From Nitrospirota bacterium (GTDB lineage Bacteria > Nitrospirota > Thermodesulfovibrionia > Thermodesulfovibrionales > UBA9159), in the NCBI GenBank assembly GCA_963699545.1, contig CAVOUE010000009.1:1-64000 (forward strand): a stretch of DNA of 64,000 nt, read 5' to 3'. The stretch's first letter is position 1. Each line of letters opens with the position of its first letter. Of the stretch, positions 10,388 to 19,746 are shown in pieces. The notes under the pieces were generated by a model that searched no databases, had not been told where the DNA came from, and saw only the letters and a program-made list of their open reading frames with translations. The translations under genes were made by a program, and so were the position numbers.

Positions 10388-11437
10388 TTAAACCCACACC
10401 TTCTTAAATCCATATTTCTTACCGGTTTCAACCATAGCCTGCAGGTTAATTGTAGGTGTCTGGGGGGGAATGCCACAGCATGTGGTGAGGAGGTCGGTTC
10501 CCTTATTGATAATCTCCATAACAGCTTTTTCAACATCTTCAGGCCCGTCAAACAGTAAGACCCCATTCACATTAACGTTTCCGCAGACGGCGGTTTTTTC
10601 TCCAACAGCGGCTTTGGCATCAGCCATATCTACCAGAGAATCAATGGAGATGCCCGGCGCCACCTCCGCCATCCTCGTCAGAATCAGATCATTTTTCCCG
10701 CATATATGAAGAATTGTCGGCACTGAAATGTTTTCGGTGATGCTCCGGGAGAATGGCTTGGCAAACTCGTCAAATTGTTTCGGGCTGATCAAATCGCAGC
10801 TGGCCGTGGCATCGACGATCACGACAACATCTGCCCCTGCCTCGACCTGGGCTTGAGCATACTTAACGCAGACCTTTTGAGCTTTCTTAATAAGCTCTAT
10901 GGCAGCTGCCGGCTTCCTCATCAATTCGCGCATAAAAGGATCCACACCCCTGACCTGACCCGCCACCATGAAAGGGCCCACTACCATCGAGATGACCGGT
11001 ATGGTATCAGGAACTCTCTTTTTGAGGAGCTTAATCGCCTTGAGGACCACCGGCATTCTGCCGTCTTTATAAGGGTCCGGATCCTTCACCCTGCTGAAGT
11101 CGCCCGTTTCCGATATGGCAGGCTCCTTTACAGGGGGTTGAATATCCAATCCCTTGTTGCGGCCTGAGTGATACTCGAGCACACATCCCATAGCTTCGGC
11201 CTCTATATTGATATCAAAGGGAACGCGGACGCTCTCAAAGCCAATAACCCGATGAGCCTCATAAGACAGGGTAGCCATAAGTTCAGAGTCGGAGTGTACT
11301 TCCGGCCAATAAGCACCACATGATTTCATCAATTCTATCGTCCCCGTATGTAAAGGCTGGGCTACAGGTATCCGGTCTACTGGCTGACGGGCCAAGGTGG
11401 CAAGAAGTCTTTCTTTTGGTGACATGGTCTCTTTCAT
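10388..11437 (-). CDS. MtaA/MtbA/MtsA-like methylcobamide methyltransferase (MT2, URO-D fold)
   Basis: VRVPFD..EAEAMG, GRMPVV, Zn-binding LHICG and a C-terminal Cys (TCCGI). Confidence 0.92.
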   Translation of the reverse strand: MKETMSPKERLLATLARQPVDRIPVAQPLHTGTIELMKSCGAYWPEVHSDSELMATLSYEAHRVIGFESVRVPFDINIEAEAMGCVLEYHSGRNKGLDIQPPVKEPAISETGDFSRVKDPDPYKDGRMPVVLKAIKLLKKRVPDTIPVISMVVGPFMVAGQVRGVDPFMRELMRKPAAAIELIKKAQKVCVKYAQAQVEAGADVVVIVDATASCDLISPKQFDEFAKPFSRSITENISVPTILHICGKNDLILTRMAEVAPGISIDSLVDMADAKAAVGEKTAVCGNVNVNGVLLFDGPEDVEKAVMEIINKGTDLLTTCCGIPPQTPTINLQAMVETGKKYGFKKVWV

Positions 11438-11547
11438 GATTCCTCCCTTTCAGGGTTCCGGCTCCTCCCCATCAGAAGATCGAAGTCGCGTTATGGAACC
11501 CCCTTATGTTTTTGTCTAGGATTCTTGATTGATCAGCAAAAAGATGA

Positions 11548-13206
11548 TCATCCTTTTTCCTCTGTCCTCCTTTTGTTGAAATTAGGCTCAACCGCTTCTG
11601 AAGGCATACCCGGCATGAGATTGCTATTTTTGGTCAGGGCACAAAGATAGCCTGCACCCGTAAAAGGAACGCAATCAACTATCGGGAGAGTGTATTTCCC
11701 GGGGACATTTTTTATCCGGGAATCGTGGGAAAGGGAAAGATGGGTTTTTGCGATACAGAGTCCATAATTTTGACGCTTTGAACTGAGAGCTTCCCGTCTT
11801 TCTATCCCTGTCAAGGTTTCAGATGCTTGAGAAGATATTGTTATCCCCTCTGCACCGTATATTTTATCGGCAACTTTAGAAATCTTTTCCTCCGCAGAAA
11901 AGGTATCATCATAAAGCTTACTGAAGTTAAAAGGCCTTTGGGCGGCTTCCGTTACCGCTTCAGCCAGTTCAATCGCCCCCTTGCTACCCTTCTGCCAACC
12001 CTCGTGGGCAACGGCGAAATCGGCGCCCAGGTCAAGTGCAGTTTTTTTAATCGTCCTTATCTCTTCATCGTGATCAAAGGAAAACCTATTGACGGCAACG
12101 ACCAGCGGAAAACCGAAGATCTTGACGTTGTGGATATGGCTTTCAAGGTTTTTCATTCCTGACATCAGGGCGGCATCATTCCTTCTTGCCCACTCGCTTT
12201 CTTCAGACACACGACCGGTGGCCAAAGTGCTGAGGCCATGCATCTTGAGGGCCCTGGCCGTTACTACGAGGACAACGGCATCGGGCAGCCTCTGGAGGAC
12301 GGGGGCCTTGATGGCCAGGAATTTCTCAAAACCCGTATCCGTACCCCCCCCGCCTTCGGTGACAACATAGTCGGCCATCCTCATCGCGACTTCGTCCGCC
12401 AGGACGGAACAGTTCCCGTGGCTGATGTTGGAAAAAGGACCGCAGTGGAGGATGACAGGGGTGTTTTCCGAAGAAATGACAAGATTCGGCAGAAGGGCCT
12501 TCCTGAGAATCTTTATCAGATCCGGTTCTATTTTGATATCCGCCATCAAGACAGGATTGTCATATTCGTCAATGCCTATTGTTATTTTTGAAATCCTATC
12601 CCGTAACTCTTCATGATTTCTGGAAAGTGAGAGTATTGCCATTAGCTCTGATGCCTGGGTCATGATGAAGCCGCTTCTTCGCTTCGTCTCTTCCTTGTCA
12701 GTCCCTATGAGAACACTCCTCAGGGACCTGTCACAGAGGTCGATAGCCCTGTTCCAGAAAACCCTTTCTCTATTGAGCCCAAGCGGATTCCCCCAAAAGA
12801 AGAGGTTATCTACATGGGCTGCGACGAGATTGTGGGCCAGGGTGACCGCGTGAGTGTCCCCGGTGCAGTGAAAATCGATCTCCTCTTGAGGAATAAGACT
12901 CGCCTTTCCTCCTCCCGAGCCGCCTCCCTTGCGGGCGAAGTAGAGACCGCTCGAGGGCTGCCTCAGGGAGGCTATCGAGCTTTTCCCTCCCCGGTTAAGT
13001 GCCATGCTCAGCGATATTGCGGTAACCGTCTTCCCTTCTCCCCTGCAAGTCGGAGTCATTGCGGTGACAAAGATGTATTTGCCGCCGGGCCTTCTCGGCA
13101 GTCTTTCAGATACTTCCAGTGAAATCTTGGCTACGGACTTCCCGTAGGGCTCTATCTCCTTTTTCTGAAAACCAAATCTCGCAGAGATGGGAAGAATAGA
13201 TCTCAT
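11548..13206 (-). CDS. fhs: Formate-tetrahydrofolate ligase, divergent copy
   Basis: TPT..GEGKT P-loop; LRQPS, GPFSNI, RALKMHG and [10 protein letters not shown] motifs. Confidence 0.88.
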   Translation of the reverse strand: MRSILPISARFGFQKKEIEPYGKSVAKISLEVSERLPRRPGGKYIFVTAMTPTCRGEGKTVTAISLSMALNRGGKSSIASLRQPSSGLYFARKGGGSGGGKASLIPQEEIDFHCTGDTHAVTLAHNLVAAHVDNLFFWGNPLGLNRERVFWNRAIDLCDRSLRSVLIGTDKEETKRRSGFIMTQASELMAILSLSRNHEELRDRISKITIGIDEYDNPVLMADIKIEPDLIKILRKALLPNLVISSENTPVILHCGPFSNISHGNCSVLADEVAMRMADYVVTEGGGGTDTGFEKFLAIKAPVLQRLPDAVVLVVTARALKMHGLSTLATGRVSEESEWARRNDAALMSGMKNLESHIHNVKIFGFPLVVAVNRFSFDHDEEIRTIKKTALDLGADFAVAHEGWQKGSKGAIELAEAVTEAAQRPFNFSKLYDDTFSAEEKISKVADKIYGAEGITISSQASETLTGIERREALSSKRQNYGLCIAKTHLSLSHDSRIKNVPGKYTLPIVDCVPFTGAGYLCALTKNSNLMPGMPSEAVEPNFNKRRTEEKG

Positions 13207-14243
13207 CAGTCCGTGATACTCCCGTTCGCCTTTACTGTTTCGACCATGACCCGCAGGTTTTCCGCCGGAATTTCAGGCCACAAGTCACAGCCGGGCCATA
13301 CCGCGCTTACCCCGTCTTTGATGGATCTCATAACCTCTTTCTCGACATCTTCCGGACTTCCCAGGCAGAGTATCTGGTAGGTATCCAGATTTCCAAAAAT
13401 GAGCGCTTCCTTTCCGAGAAGCTGCCTCGCCCTGGCCACGTCGGTCTTCTTCTCTATACTTATTGCGTCGACTTTTGTATTCGCCATATCTTCCACGATC
13501 GGGTTTGTATTACCACAGATGTGGAGGACCCTAGGCATGCTTATTCCCGCCATAACCTTGTCCAGATGGGGTTTCACCAGGGACCGAAACATCTTTGGAC
13601 TCACGACATCGGCACCGGCCCCCATCTCCCTTATGGTCATGTAGTCGGCCCCCGCACTTTTGTAAATGTTGGCTACAGCAATGATGAGCTCGGCAAATAA
13701 GTCAAGGACCTTATTCACGGCCTCAGGATTCTTAAAGGACTGTTTCAAAAGCCCTTCCAGGTCCATCACCTGGCCTGCCAAAAGAAAAGGTCCCAGGACA
13801 TAGGTCCCCACCGCTACTTCGCCTCCGATTTCTTTCTTAAGTATCCTTATCGCCTCGGTGACAACGGGGATCCTTCCTTTTTCTGCAAGGTTCTCAGGCA
13901 GCTTTATGTCCGCGGGCCCATTGATAACCTTGTCCTTTACCGTTGGATAAAGGATTCCTTCCCTGTGGGAGTAAGTGTTCATCGTGCAGCCCAGGACTTC
14001 CGCCTCTACGGCGATATCGTAAGGGACAACGGCACATTCAAGGCCGAAGAGCCGGTAAGTAGAGGAAGAAGTGGACGCCATCAGCTTCGGGTCCGCATGG
14101 ACTTCTGAAAAAGGGGTATTGCTTTCTTTCAGCCCGTGAACCGTAACATTTCCCATACCGCTGAAGACCGGAATCCTGTCTATCTTTTCCTTCCTGAATA
14201 GTCTCAGCACCCTTTCCCTGGGACTGTATTTCTCTCCTGTCAT
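13206..14243 (-). CDS. MtaA/CmuA-family methyltransferase (URO-D fold)
   Basis: SPRERVL, VEAEVLG, GRIPVV, LHICG and PGCD motifs; AGGAGG RBS before ATG 14243. Confidence 0.92.
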   Translation of the reverse strand: MTGEKYSPRERVLRLFRKEKIDRIPVFSGMGNVTVHGLKESNTPFSEVHADPKLMASTSSSTYRLFGLECAVVPYDIAVEAEVLGCTMNTYSHREGILYPTVKDKVINGPADIKLPENLAEKGRIPVVTEAIRILKKEIGGEVAVGTYVLGPFLLAGQVMDLEGLLKQSFKNPEAVNKVLDLFAELIIAVANIYKSAGADYMTIREMGAGADVVSPKMFRSLVKPHLDKVMAGISMPRVLHICGNTNPIVEDMANTKVDAISIEKKTDVARARQLLGKEALIFGNLDTYQILCLGSPEDVEKEVMRSIKDGVSAVWPGCDLWPEIPAENLRVMVETVKANGSITD

Positions 14244-14293
14244 TTGTTCCTCCTTTGTATAGAGGATCCTCTTATTAATTGCCATCGTCTTTC

Positions 14294-15100
14294 CTAAATT
14301 CTTCCTTCTTTGTGCGCTTTCAAAAAGGTAGCGCAGTCCTGATCTTTTCCAAGCATTGTTTCCGCCGCTATGATGGTGGCCATGAGTTCCTTGTCCAAGG
14401 GATTAAGGAGAACCGCGTCGAGGCATGAGGCCATCAGCATAGCCTGGAAGGTCCTCGTCGCGAGAGAACGCTTCGGGAGATTCCAGGTGCTGGCGCTGAC
14501 ATTCACCATAGCCTTAACCTGCGGGAGTTCCTTTTTTATAAGCCTGAGCGACTCGAGGGAGATCAGAGACTGCGTATGCCAGTTCGGCACACTTACCGGC
14601 AGGCACATGAAATCAATATAGACCAGGGAGAGGTCTATTCCATAGCTGTCTATTGCATCGACAAGTTTCTTGGCTATCTCAAGCCTCCCTTCCGCGTGAT
14701 CGGGCATCCCCCCCTTCTCGTCGATTGTCACACCGATGACTTTGCAGCCCATCTCTTTTACAAAGGGCAGTATGCCGGCAATCCTTGGTTTCTGAAGAGT
14801 GATAGAGTTGGCAATGCAATTCTTCACATTCCTACATCTTTTGAGACCGGCTTCTATTGCCTTTGGATGTATGCTATCCACAGCAAGCGGAACATCTGTC
14901 ACTTCCTGGACGATATCAACGGCCCATTCAAGCCTCCGGAGATTGTTTTCAGGCTTCAGGCCGGCATTAATGTCGATTATGTGAGCTCCCGCAGCGACCT
15001 GCTTCGCAGCCTCCTCCTGGATTACCTTGGCATCCTTCTCCTCATATGCCTTCTCGATATACTTGATCGATGTGTTGATCCTTTCGCCTATTACTTCCAT
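14294..15100 (-). CDS. Methyltetrahydrofolate:corrinoid methyltransferase (AcsE-like pterin-binding domain)
   Basis: VIGERIN, GAHIIDINAG, PLAVDS and ANSIT motifs of the pterin-binding/DHPS-fold methyltransferases. Confidence 0.88.
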   Translation of the reverse strand: MEVIGERINTSIKYIEKAYEEKDAKVIQEEAAKQVAAGAHIIDINAGLKPENNLRRLEWAVDIVQEVTDVPLAVDSIHPKAIEAGLKRCRNVKNCIANSITLQKPRIAGILPFVKEMGCKVIGVTIDEKGGMPDHAEGRLEIAKKLVDAIDSYGIDLSLVYIDFMCLPVSVPNWHTQSLISLESLRLIKKELPQVKAMVNVSASTWNLPKRSLATRTFQAMLMASCLDAVLLNPLDKELMATIIAAETMLGKDQDCATFLKAHKEGRI

Positions 15101-15126
15101 CTTTCCTCCCACTTCAAAATTGATTA

Positions 15127-15993
15127 TTAAAACCCCGCCTTGTCCAGAACCAACGGAACTTTGTCCTCCCAGTGAATGGTATAAATGTGAACCCCCTGGG
15201 AGAGGTTCCGCAAATCCTTGATCAGACGAGCCGCTACCTCGATACTTGTATTCACGGGGTTGGTGCTTTTTTCAAATTCATCAATGATGAACTTCGGAAT
15301 ATTAATCCCGGGAACATTTTTGTTCATAAAATGGGCCATCTTTGCAGATTTTAATAGAAAGACACCGGCAAGAACCGGAACATGTAAATGCCTTGTTTTT
15401 TCCACAAAGGATGTAAAGTCCTCGATGTCGAAAACAGGTTGAGTCTGGAAAAAATCCGCTCCTGCCGCAACCTTTTTTTCCATCTTGATGAGTTGAGGTT
15501 CCAGTGGAGTAGAGGAAGGGTTCACGGCTGCCCCCAGGCAAAATGACGGAGAGCCTTTGAGCCGCTTGCCGGACATGTCAGCGCCGCACTCCAGCCCTCT
15601 GGCCACTTTCAAGAGCTGAACCGATTCAATATCGAAGACTCCTTTTGCACCGGGGTGGTCCCCGAGGGATTGATGGTCTCCGGAAAGGACAAGAACATTT
15701 TCTATCCCGAGTGCTGAGGCGCCTAACAGGTCGGATTGCAGGGCCAGCCGGTTCCTGTCTCGGCATACCATCTGGAGTATCGGTTCAAGTCCCTCCTCTT
15801 TTATCAAGTAGGATGCGGCAAGCGAACTGAGGCTCATTACCGCACTCTGATTATCTGCCGCATTCACACCGTCCACCCTCCCCCGCAAGGGGTGCAATAT
15901 TTTCAACTCTGCCCTTATATCCGTTCCCTTCGGCGGGAGAAAATCCGTCGTAATGACAAATCTTCCTGATTTCAAAACGTCCTTCAGTGCCAT
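15127..15993 (-). CDS. metF: Methylenetetrahydrofolate reductase (second copy)
   Basis: PPKG, CRDRNRLALQS, GD and FFQTQPVFD motifs. Confidence 0.9.
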   Translation of the reverse strand: MALKDVLKSGRFVITTDFLPPKGTDIRAELKILHPLRGRVDGVNAADNQSAVMSLSSLAASYLIKEEGLEPILQMVCRDRNRLALQSDLLGASALGIENVLVLSGDHQSLGDHPGAKGVFDIESVQLLKVARGLECGADMSGKRLKGSPSFCLGAAVNPSSTPLEPQLIKMEKKVAAGADFFQTQPVFDIEDFTSFVEKTRHLHVPVLAGVFLLKSAKMAHFMNKNVPGINIPKFIIDEFEKSTNPVNTSIEVAARLIKDLRNLSQGVHIYTIHWEDKVPLVLDKAGF

Positions 15994-15994
15994 A

Positions 15995-16897
15995 CTACAC
16001 TCTGGCTCCTGCTGTCCGGCTTTCTCTTCCGGCAATTTCTGCTTCGTCCAGGATGTAGGGAATCCGGTCGTGCCACGGCGTGGTCATCATAATATGGACC
16101 CCCGAACAGATATGTGAGAGTGCCCTTACGATCCTGACGGTTATTTCAATGCTTCTCCTCTCGGCGTCTCCTTTTTCGAGCTCCTGTATGATCGGTTCGG
16201 GAACGAGAACGCCTGGGATGTTCTTATTCATGAAGCGCGCAGAGGCCGCGGATTTCAGGATGAACACCCCGGCCAGAACCGGGATATCAAGGAAGGCCAC
16301 ACTTTCCAGGAACCTGGCATAACTATCGACGTCGAAGATGGGCTGAGTCTGCAGAAATTCCGCTCCTGCCTCAGCCTTTAGACGTGCCTTTTTGATCTCT
16401 TCCAGCGGTTTTACCGCACCAGGGTCAAGGGCGGCTCCGAGACAAAAGTTCGGTACGCCATCAAGTCGTTTTCCGCCCATGTCAAAACCCTTTTCAAGAT
16501 TCCTCGCTACCGCCAGGAGTTGAACAGTATCAAGGTCAAAGACGGATTTGGTGTCTGGATTGTCCGAGCCTGTCGCCTCGTCGCCTCTCAGACACAGTAT
16601 GTTCCTTACTCCTAAGGCATAGGCGCTCAGCATCTCTGATTGAAGGCTGATCCTGTTTCTGTCACGGCAGGTGATCTGCATGATGGGCTCTATCCCCATT
16701 TCTTTGACCTTCACGGACACCGCGAGGGAGCCCATCCTCATATTCGCTCCGGGCATATCGGTGACATTTATCGCATCAACCCTTCCCTTCAAAAGTTCAA
16801 TACCCTTCAGACTCTTGTAGACGGCCGTGCCTTTAGGCGGAATTACGTCCGATGTTACAACAAACTCTCCTGATCTCAGCTTTTCTCTGAATGTCAT
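15995..16897 (-). CDS. metF: Methylenetetrahydrofolate reductase (first copy)
   Basis: PPKG, TCRDRNRISLQS, LRGD and LQTQPIFD motifs. Confidence 0.9.
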   Translation of the reverse strand: MTFREKLRSGEFVVTSDVIPPKGTAVYKSLKGIELLKGRVDAINVTDMPGANMRMGSLAVSVKVKEMGIEPIMQITCRDRNRISLQSEMLSAYALGVRNILCLRGDEATGSDNPDTKSVFDLDTVQLLAVARNLEKGFDMGGKRLDGVPNFCLGAALDPGAVKPLEEIKKARLKAEAGAEFLQTQPIFDVDSYARFLESVAFLDIPVLAGVFILKSAASARFMNKNIPGVLVPEPIIQELEKGDAERRSIEITVRIVRALSHICSGVHIMMTTPWHDRIPYILDEAEIAGRESRTAGARV

Positions 16898-16908
16898 CTT
16901 TCAACCTC

Positions 16909-17781
16909 TCATCTTTCCGGAATAACCCACTTCTTGCTTCTCTGTATGTTCTTAAGTCTCATTAACTGGTCCTCGGCGATCGTGAAGGTATGTTCGGGTG
17001 CCGGGAATTTGAACGTTTCTACCTCATCCTTGAAGGCCTTGACGGCTTTCGTAGTCTCCTCCCAAAGGTTCACATATTTTTTCACAAATTTCGGTACGAA
17101 GTGTTCAAAGAGTCCAATCATATCCTGGGTCACCAAGGCCTGACCGTCACAGTGAAGACCGGCCCCTATTCCTATCACCGGGATCTTCAGCGTTTCGGTG
17201 ATGATACCGGCGACGCTAGGAGGCAAACATTCTATAGAAAGGGCAAAAGCACCGGCATTCTCACATTCCATAGCCAGATCAATGAGCTCTGCCGCCTCTT
17301 CCGCTGTTTTTCCCATCACGGCAAACTTTCCATACCTGGACACAAACTGGCGCGTAAGGCCGATATGAACCATGGTGGGGATTCCGGACTCCACTATAGC
17401 CCTGGCGATCTTTACCACTTCCGGCCCTCCTTCGATCTCAACGCCATCGGCACCTCCCTCCTTGACAAATCGCCGGGCATTTCTCCTGGCATCGTCTTCA
17501 GTGTTGTAATCCATGAAAGGCATGCACGACAGGAGGAATGCCCTTTCCACGGCATTGGAGACAGCCTTGGTATGGTGAAGCATCTCCTCCATCGTGACCG
17601 GGAGAGTATTCTTGTACCCCAAGCCGGTCATGCCCAGAGCATCGCTCACGAAGATGATGTCGATGCCAGCCTGGTCGATAATCCTGGCAAAGGGATAATC
17701 GTAAGCGGTCAACATGCTTATCTGTTCACCCTTTTTCTTTTTGGCACTGAGGGAAGAAACACTCACTTTATTTTTTTCCAT
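16909..17781 (-). CDS. panB: 3-methyl-2-oxobutanoate hydroxymethyltransferase family (PanB-like)
   Basis: MLTAYDY, HIGLT, IGIGAG..CDGQ.LV..D and PKFVKKY motifs. The usual VGDS is VSDA and the usual VKLEGG is VEIEGG. Confidence 0.88.
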   Translation of the reverse strand: MEKNKVSVSSLSAKKKKGEQISMLTAYDYPFARIIDQAGIDIIFVSDALGMTGLGYKNTLPVTMEEMLHHTKAVSNAVERAFLLSCMPFMDYNTEDDARRNARRFVKEGGADGVEIEGGPEVVKIARAIVESGIPTMVHIGLTRQFVSRYGKFAVMGKTAEEAAELIDLAMECENAGAFALSIECLPPSVAGIITETLKIPVIGIGAGLHCDGQALVTQDMIGLFEHFVPKFVKKYVNLWEETTKAVKAFKDEVETFKFPAPEHTFTIAEDQLMRLKNIQRSKKWVIPER

Positions 17782-17797
17782 TTTCTTTCTCCGTCTC

Positions 17798-18355
17798 CTA
17801 TAGAAGTACGCTGCTCAAGCTTTCATGGGGCGCAGGTATTATGGTTGTCATAGTCAGCATGCCGGACTCTTCGATGGCAGCCGTTGCAGCACCAAGTGCC
17901 GCTTCGACTGAATACAGTTCGCCGGTCAGAGTAACGAAGGCCTTCCCGCCCAGGCCTCTCGCCAGACGTATATCTATCAAGGTTATGTTTGCCGCCTTTG
18001 CAGCCGCATCCGCTGCGATAATGGTCGAGGCTATCGAAAAGGTCTCGATGACGCCGAGAGACACAACTTCCTTCACCTCGGTAGTTCCGCGGATGGCAGA
18101 AAAGATGCTTTCATGGATATTGGGAATAAGGAGATGATCGATAACCTGATCTCCCCCGATCTGAAGACCTACCTCCATCGAGGATTCGACCGGGGCGACC
18201 AAGCCTCCGATGACAACGCTGTATTTCCCGGGACAGGTAGGCGTCGCCTCAAGTAACTCTATCGGTGCCTTCTTCATCATAAAATCACACGTCATGATTC
18301 CGCGTGCAATGCTTCTGAATTCGATGAGGCCCAGGGCCGGCCGCATTTCTACCAT
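17798..18355 (-). CDS. pduT: BMC tandem-domain shell protein, PduT-like (pore Cys, Fe-S binding)
   Basis: Two BMC domains; TCPGKY motif; RLARGLGGK; IPAPH. Confidence 0.9.
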   Translation of the reverse strand: MVEMRPALGLIEFRSIARGIMTCDFMMKKAPIELLEATPTCPGKYSVVIGGLVAPVESSMEVGLQIGGDQVIDHLLIPNIHESIFSAIRGTTEVKEVVSLGVIETFSIASTIIAADAAAKAANITLIDIRLARGLGGKAFVTLTGELYSVEAALGAATAAIEESGMLTMTTIIPAPHESLSSVLL

Positions 18356-18376
18356 CCGACTCTACCATCTCGTCCA

Positions 18377-19710
18377 TTACGCTGCTTCGATAACAATCGC
18401 ATCTCCGTCAATCCTCCGCACCCTGCCCGAAACCGATGCGTGGTATTTCGCCCCAAGATTTCCGTCAGGGATATCGGCGATCAGATCGCCCTGCCGCATG
18501 ATGTCCCCCGTTTCAACTACGGGAACAGCCGGAGCGCCAATGTGTTGCCGCAAGCCTATTTTTACCTGTTTAACGGCATAAGACGTTCTCCTTAAGCGGT
18601 GCAACCTCTTTATACTTTTCGAGCCCCAGCCGTTTCAGCAGCCGTTCTGCCGGCACTTTGCGGTGGTCCATCTCCTGTCTCGCTTTCGCTTTGTCTTTGG
18701 ATGGTTCATGCCTGTATCTTTTTCTGGAGAGCTCAGCCCTGATTTCCATGTTTACCTGCCGGGGGGAGAGACCCTGGACACAGGCATAGGTCTCGCACAG
18801 GCCGCAGCCGGAGCAAAGTGCTGCCGAAGTGATGACATTCGGAGGAGCGACATTACCAAAATCGAGGGATCTCATTATCTTGTGAGGTTGAAGATTATGG
18901 CCCAGGAGATATCGGGGACAGAGTTCGGTACAATAACTACACTGGGTACAGGCGGATTTGATCAGGCGGATATTTCGGTTTAATGGTCTGGTCTTTAAGG
19001 CGATCAGGGGATGGTGCTTCGGAAGCACGAGAAGCATCCCCAGGGTTTTATTGACCGTACTTGAAACATCGAACGTGACCCTGCCCATCATGGGGCCTCC
19101 GGTAATCATCGCATATTCATCGACCGTTGCACCACCGGCCATTGCAATCACGTCACCCAAGGCCGTCCCGATCGGAACCCTGAAAGTCGCCGGATATCTT
19201 ACCTCACCCAAAACTGAAATATGCCGATGAGTGACAGGAATCCCTTTCTCGGCTTCGCAGATATTAAAAAGAGTTCCGACATTCTGTACAACCACACCTT
19301 CGGAAAGAGGGATATTCCCCTCGGGAATCACCCTTCCCGTCACCTCATGGACCAATACGAACTCGTCTCCCGGCAGGATAAAAATCCCGGAGCAAAAACA
19401 GCTCGATCTTCTCCTTATTACCCGAGATTGCCCTCGAAAGACTCTCGATGGAGGTTTTATATTTTTTCTTCAGGGCCACTATCCCTTTTGAAGCGCCGGT
19501 GGAGGCCATGAGGAGCAAAAGACCGGCGACGATCTTATCGGCGTATTTCATCATGAGCTGCTGGTCGGCCTGCGCCAGGGGTTCACATTCCGCCCCGTTG
19601 GCAATCACCATCTCCGCTTTTGATCCGGACTTGATGTGACTCGGGAATCCTGCGCCTCCCGCACCGATTATCCCGGCGTCTCTGACTCTTCTCACAAGTT
19701 CCTTCGTCAT
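18377..19710 (-). CDS. pduS: PduS-like cobalamin reductase (RnfC/SLBB flavoprotein with 2x[4Fe-4S]); two frameshifts near 19370 and 18580
   Basis: Three consecutive ORFs: GAGGAGFP..ANGAECEP; GGPMMG..CTQCSYCTELCP..CSGCGLC; and LRQHIGAPA..YHAS. Removing one G near 19370 restores YPAGDEFVL. Confidence 0.88.
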
Positions 19711-19746
19711 GACAAAACCTGCCTGTCAGCTCCTTCAGTAGTCAAA

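Noticed and set aside
3850-15100. Pyrrolysine (amber) methylamine methyltransferases
   Set aside because: No MttB, MtbB or MtmB-like ORF, no in-frame TAG join and no pyl genes are visible.
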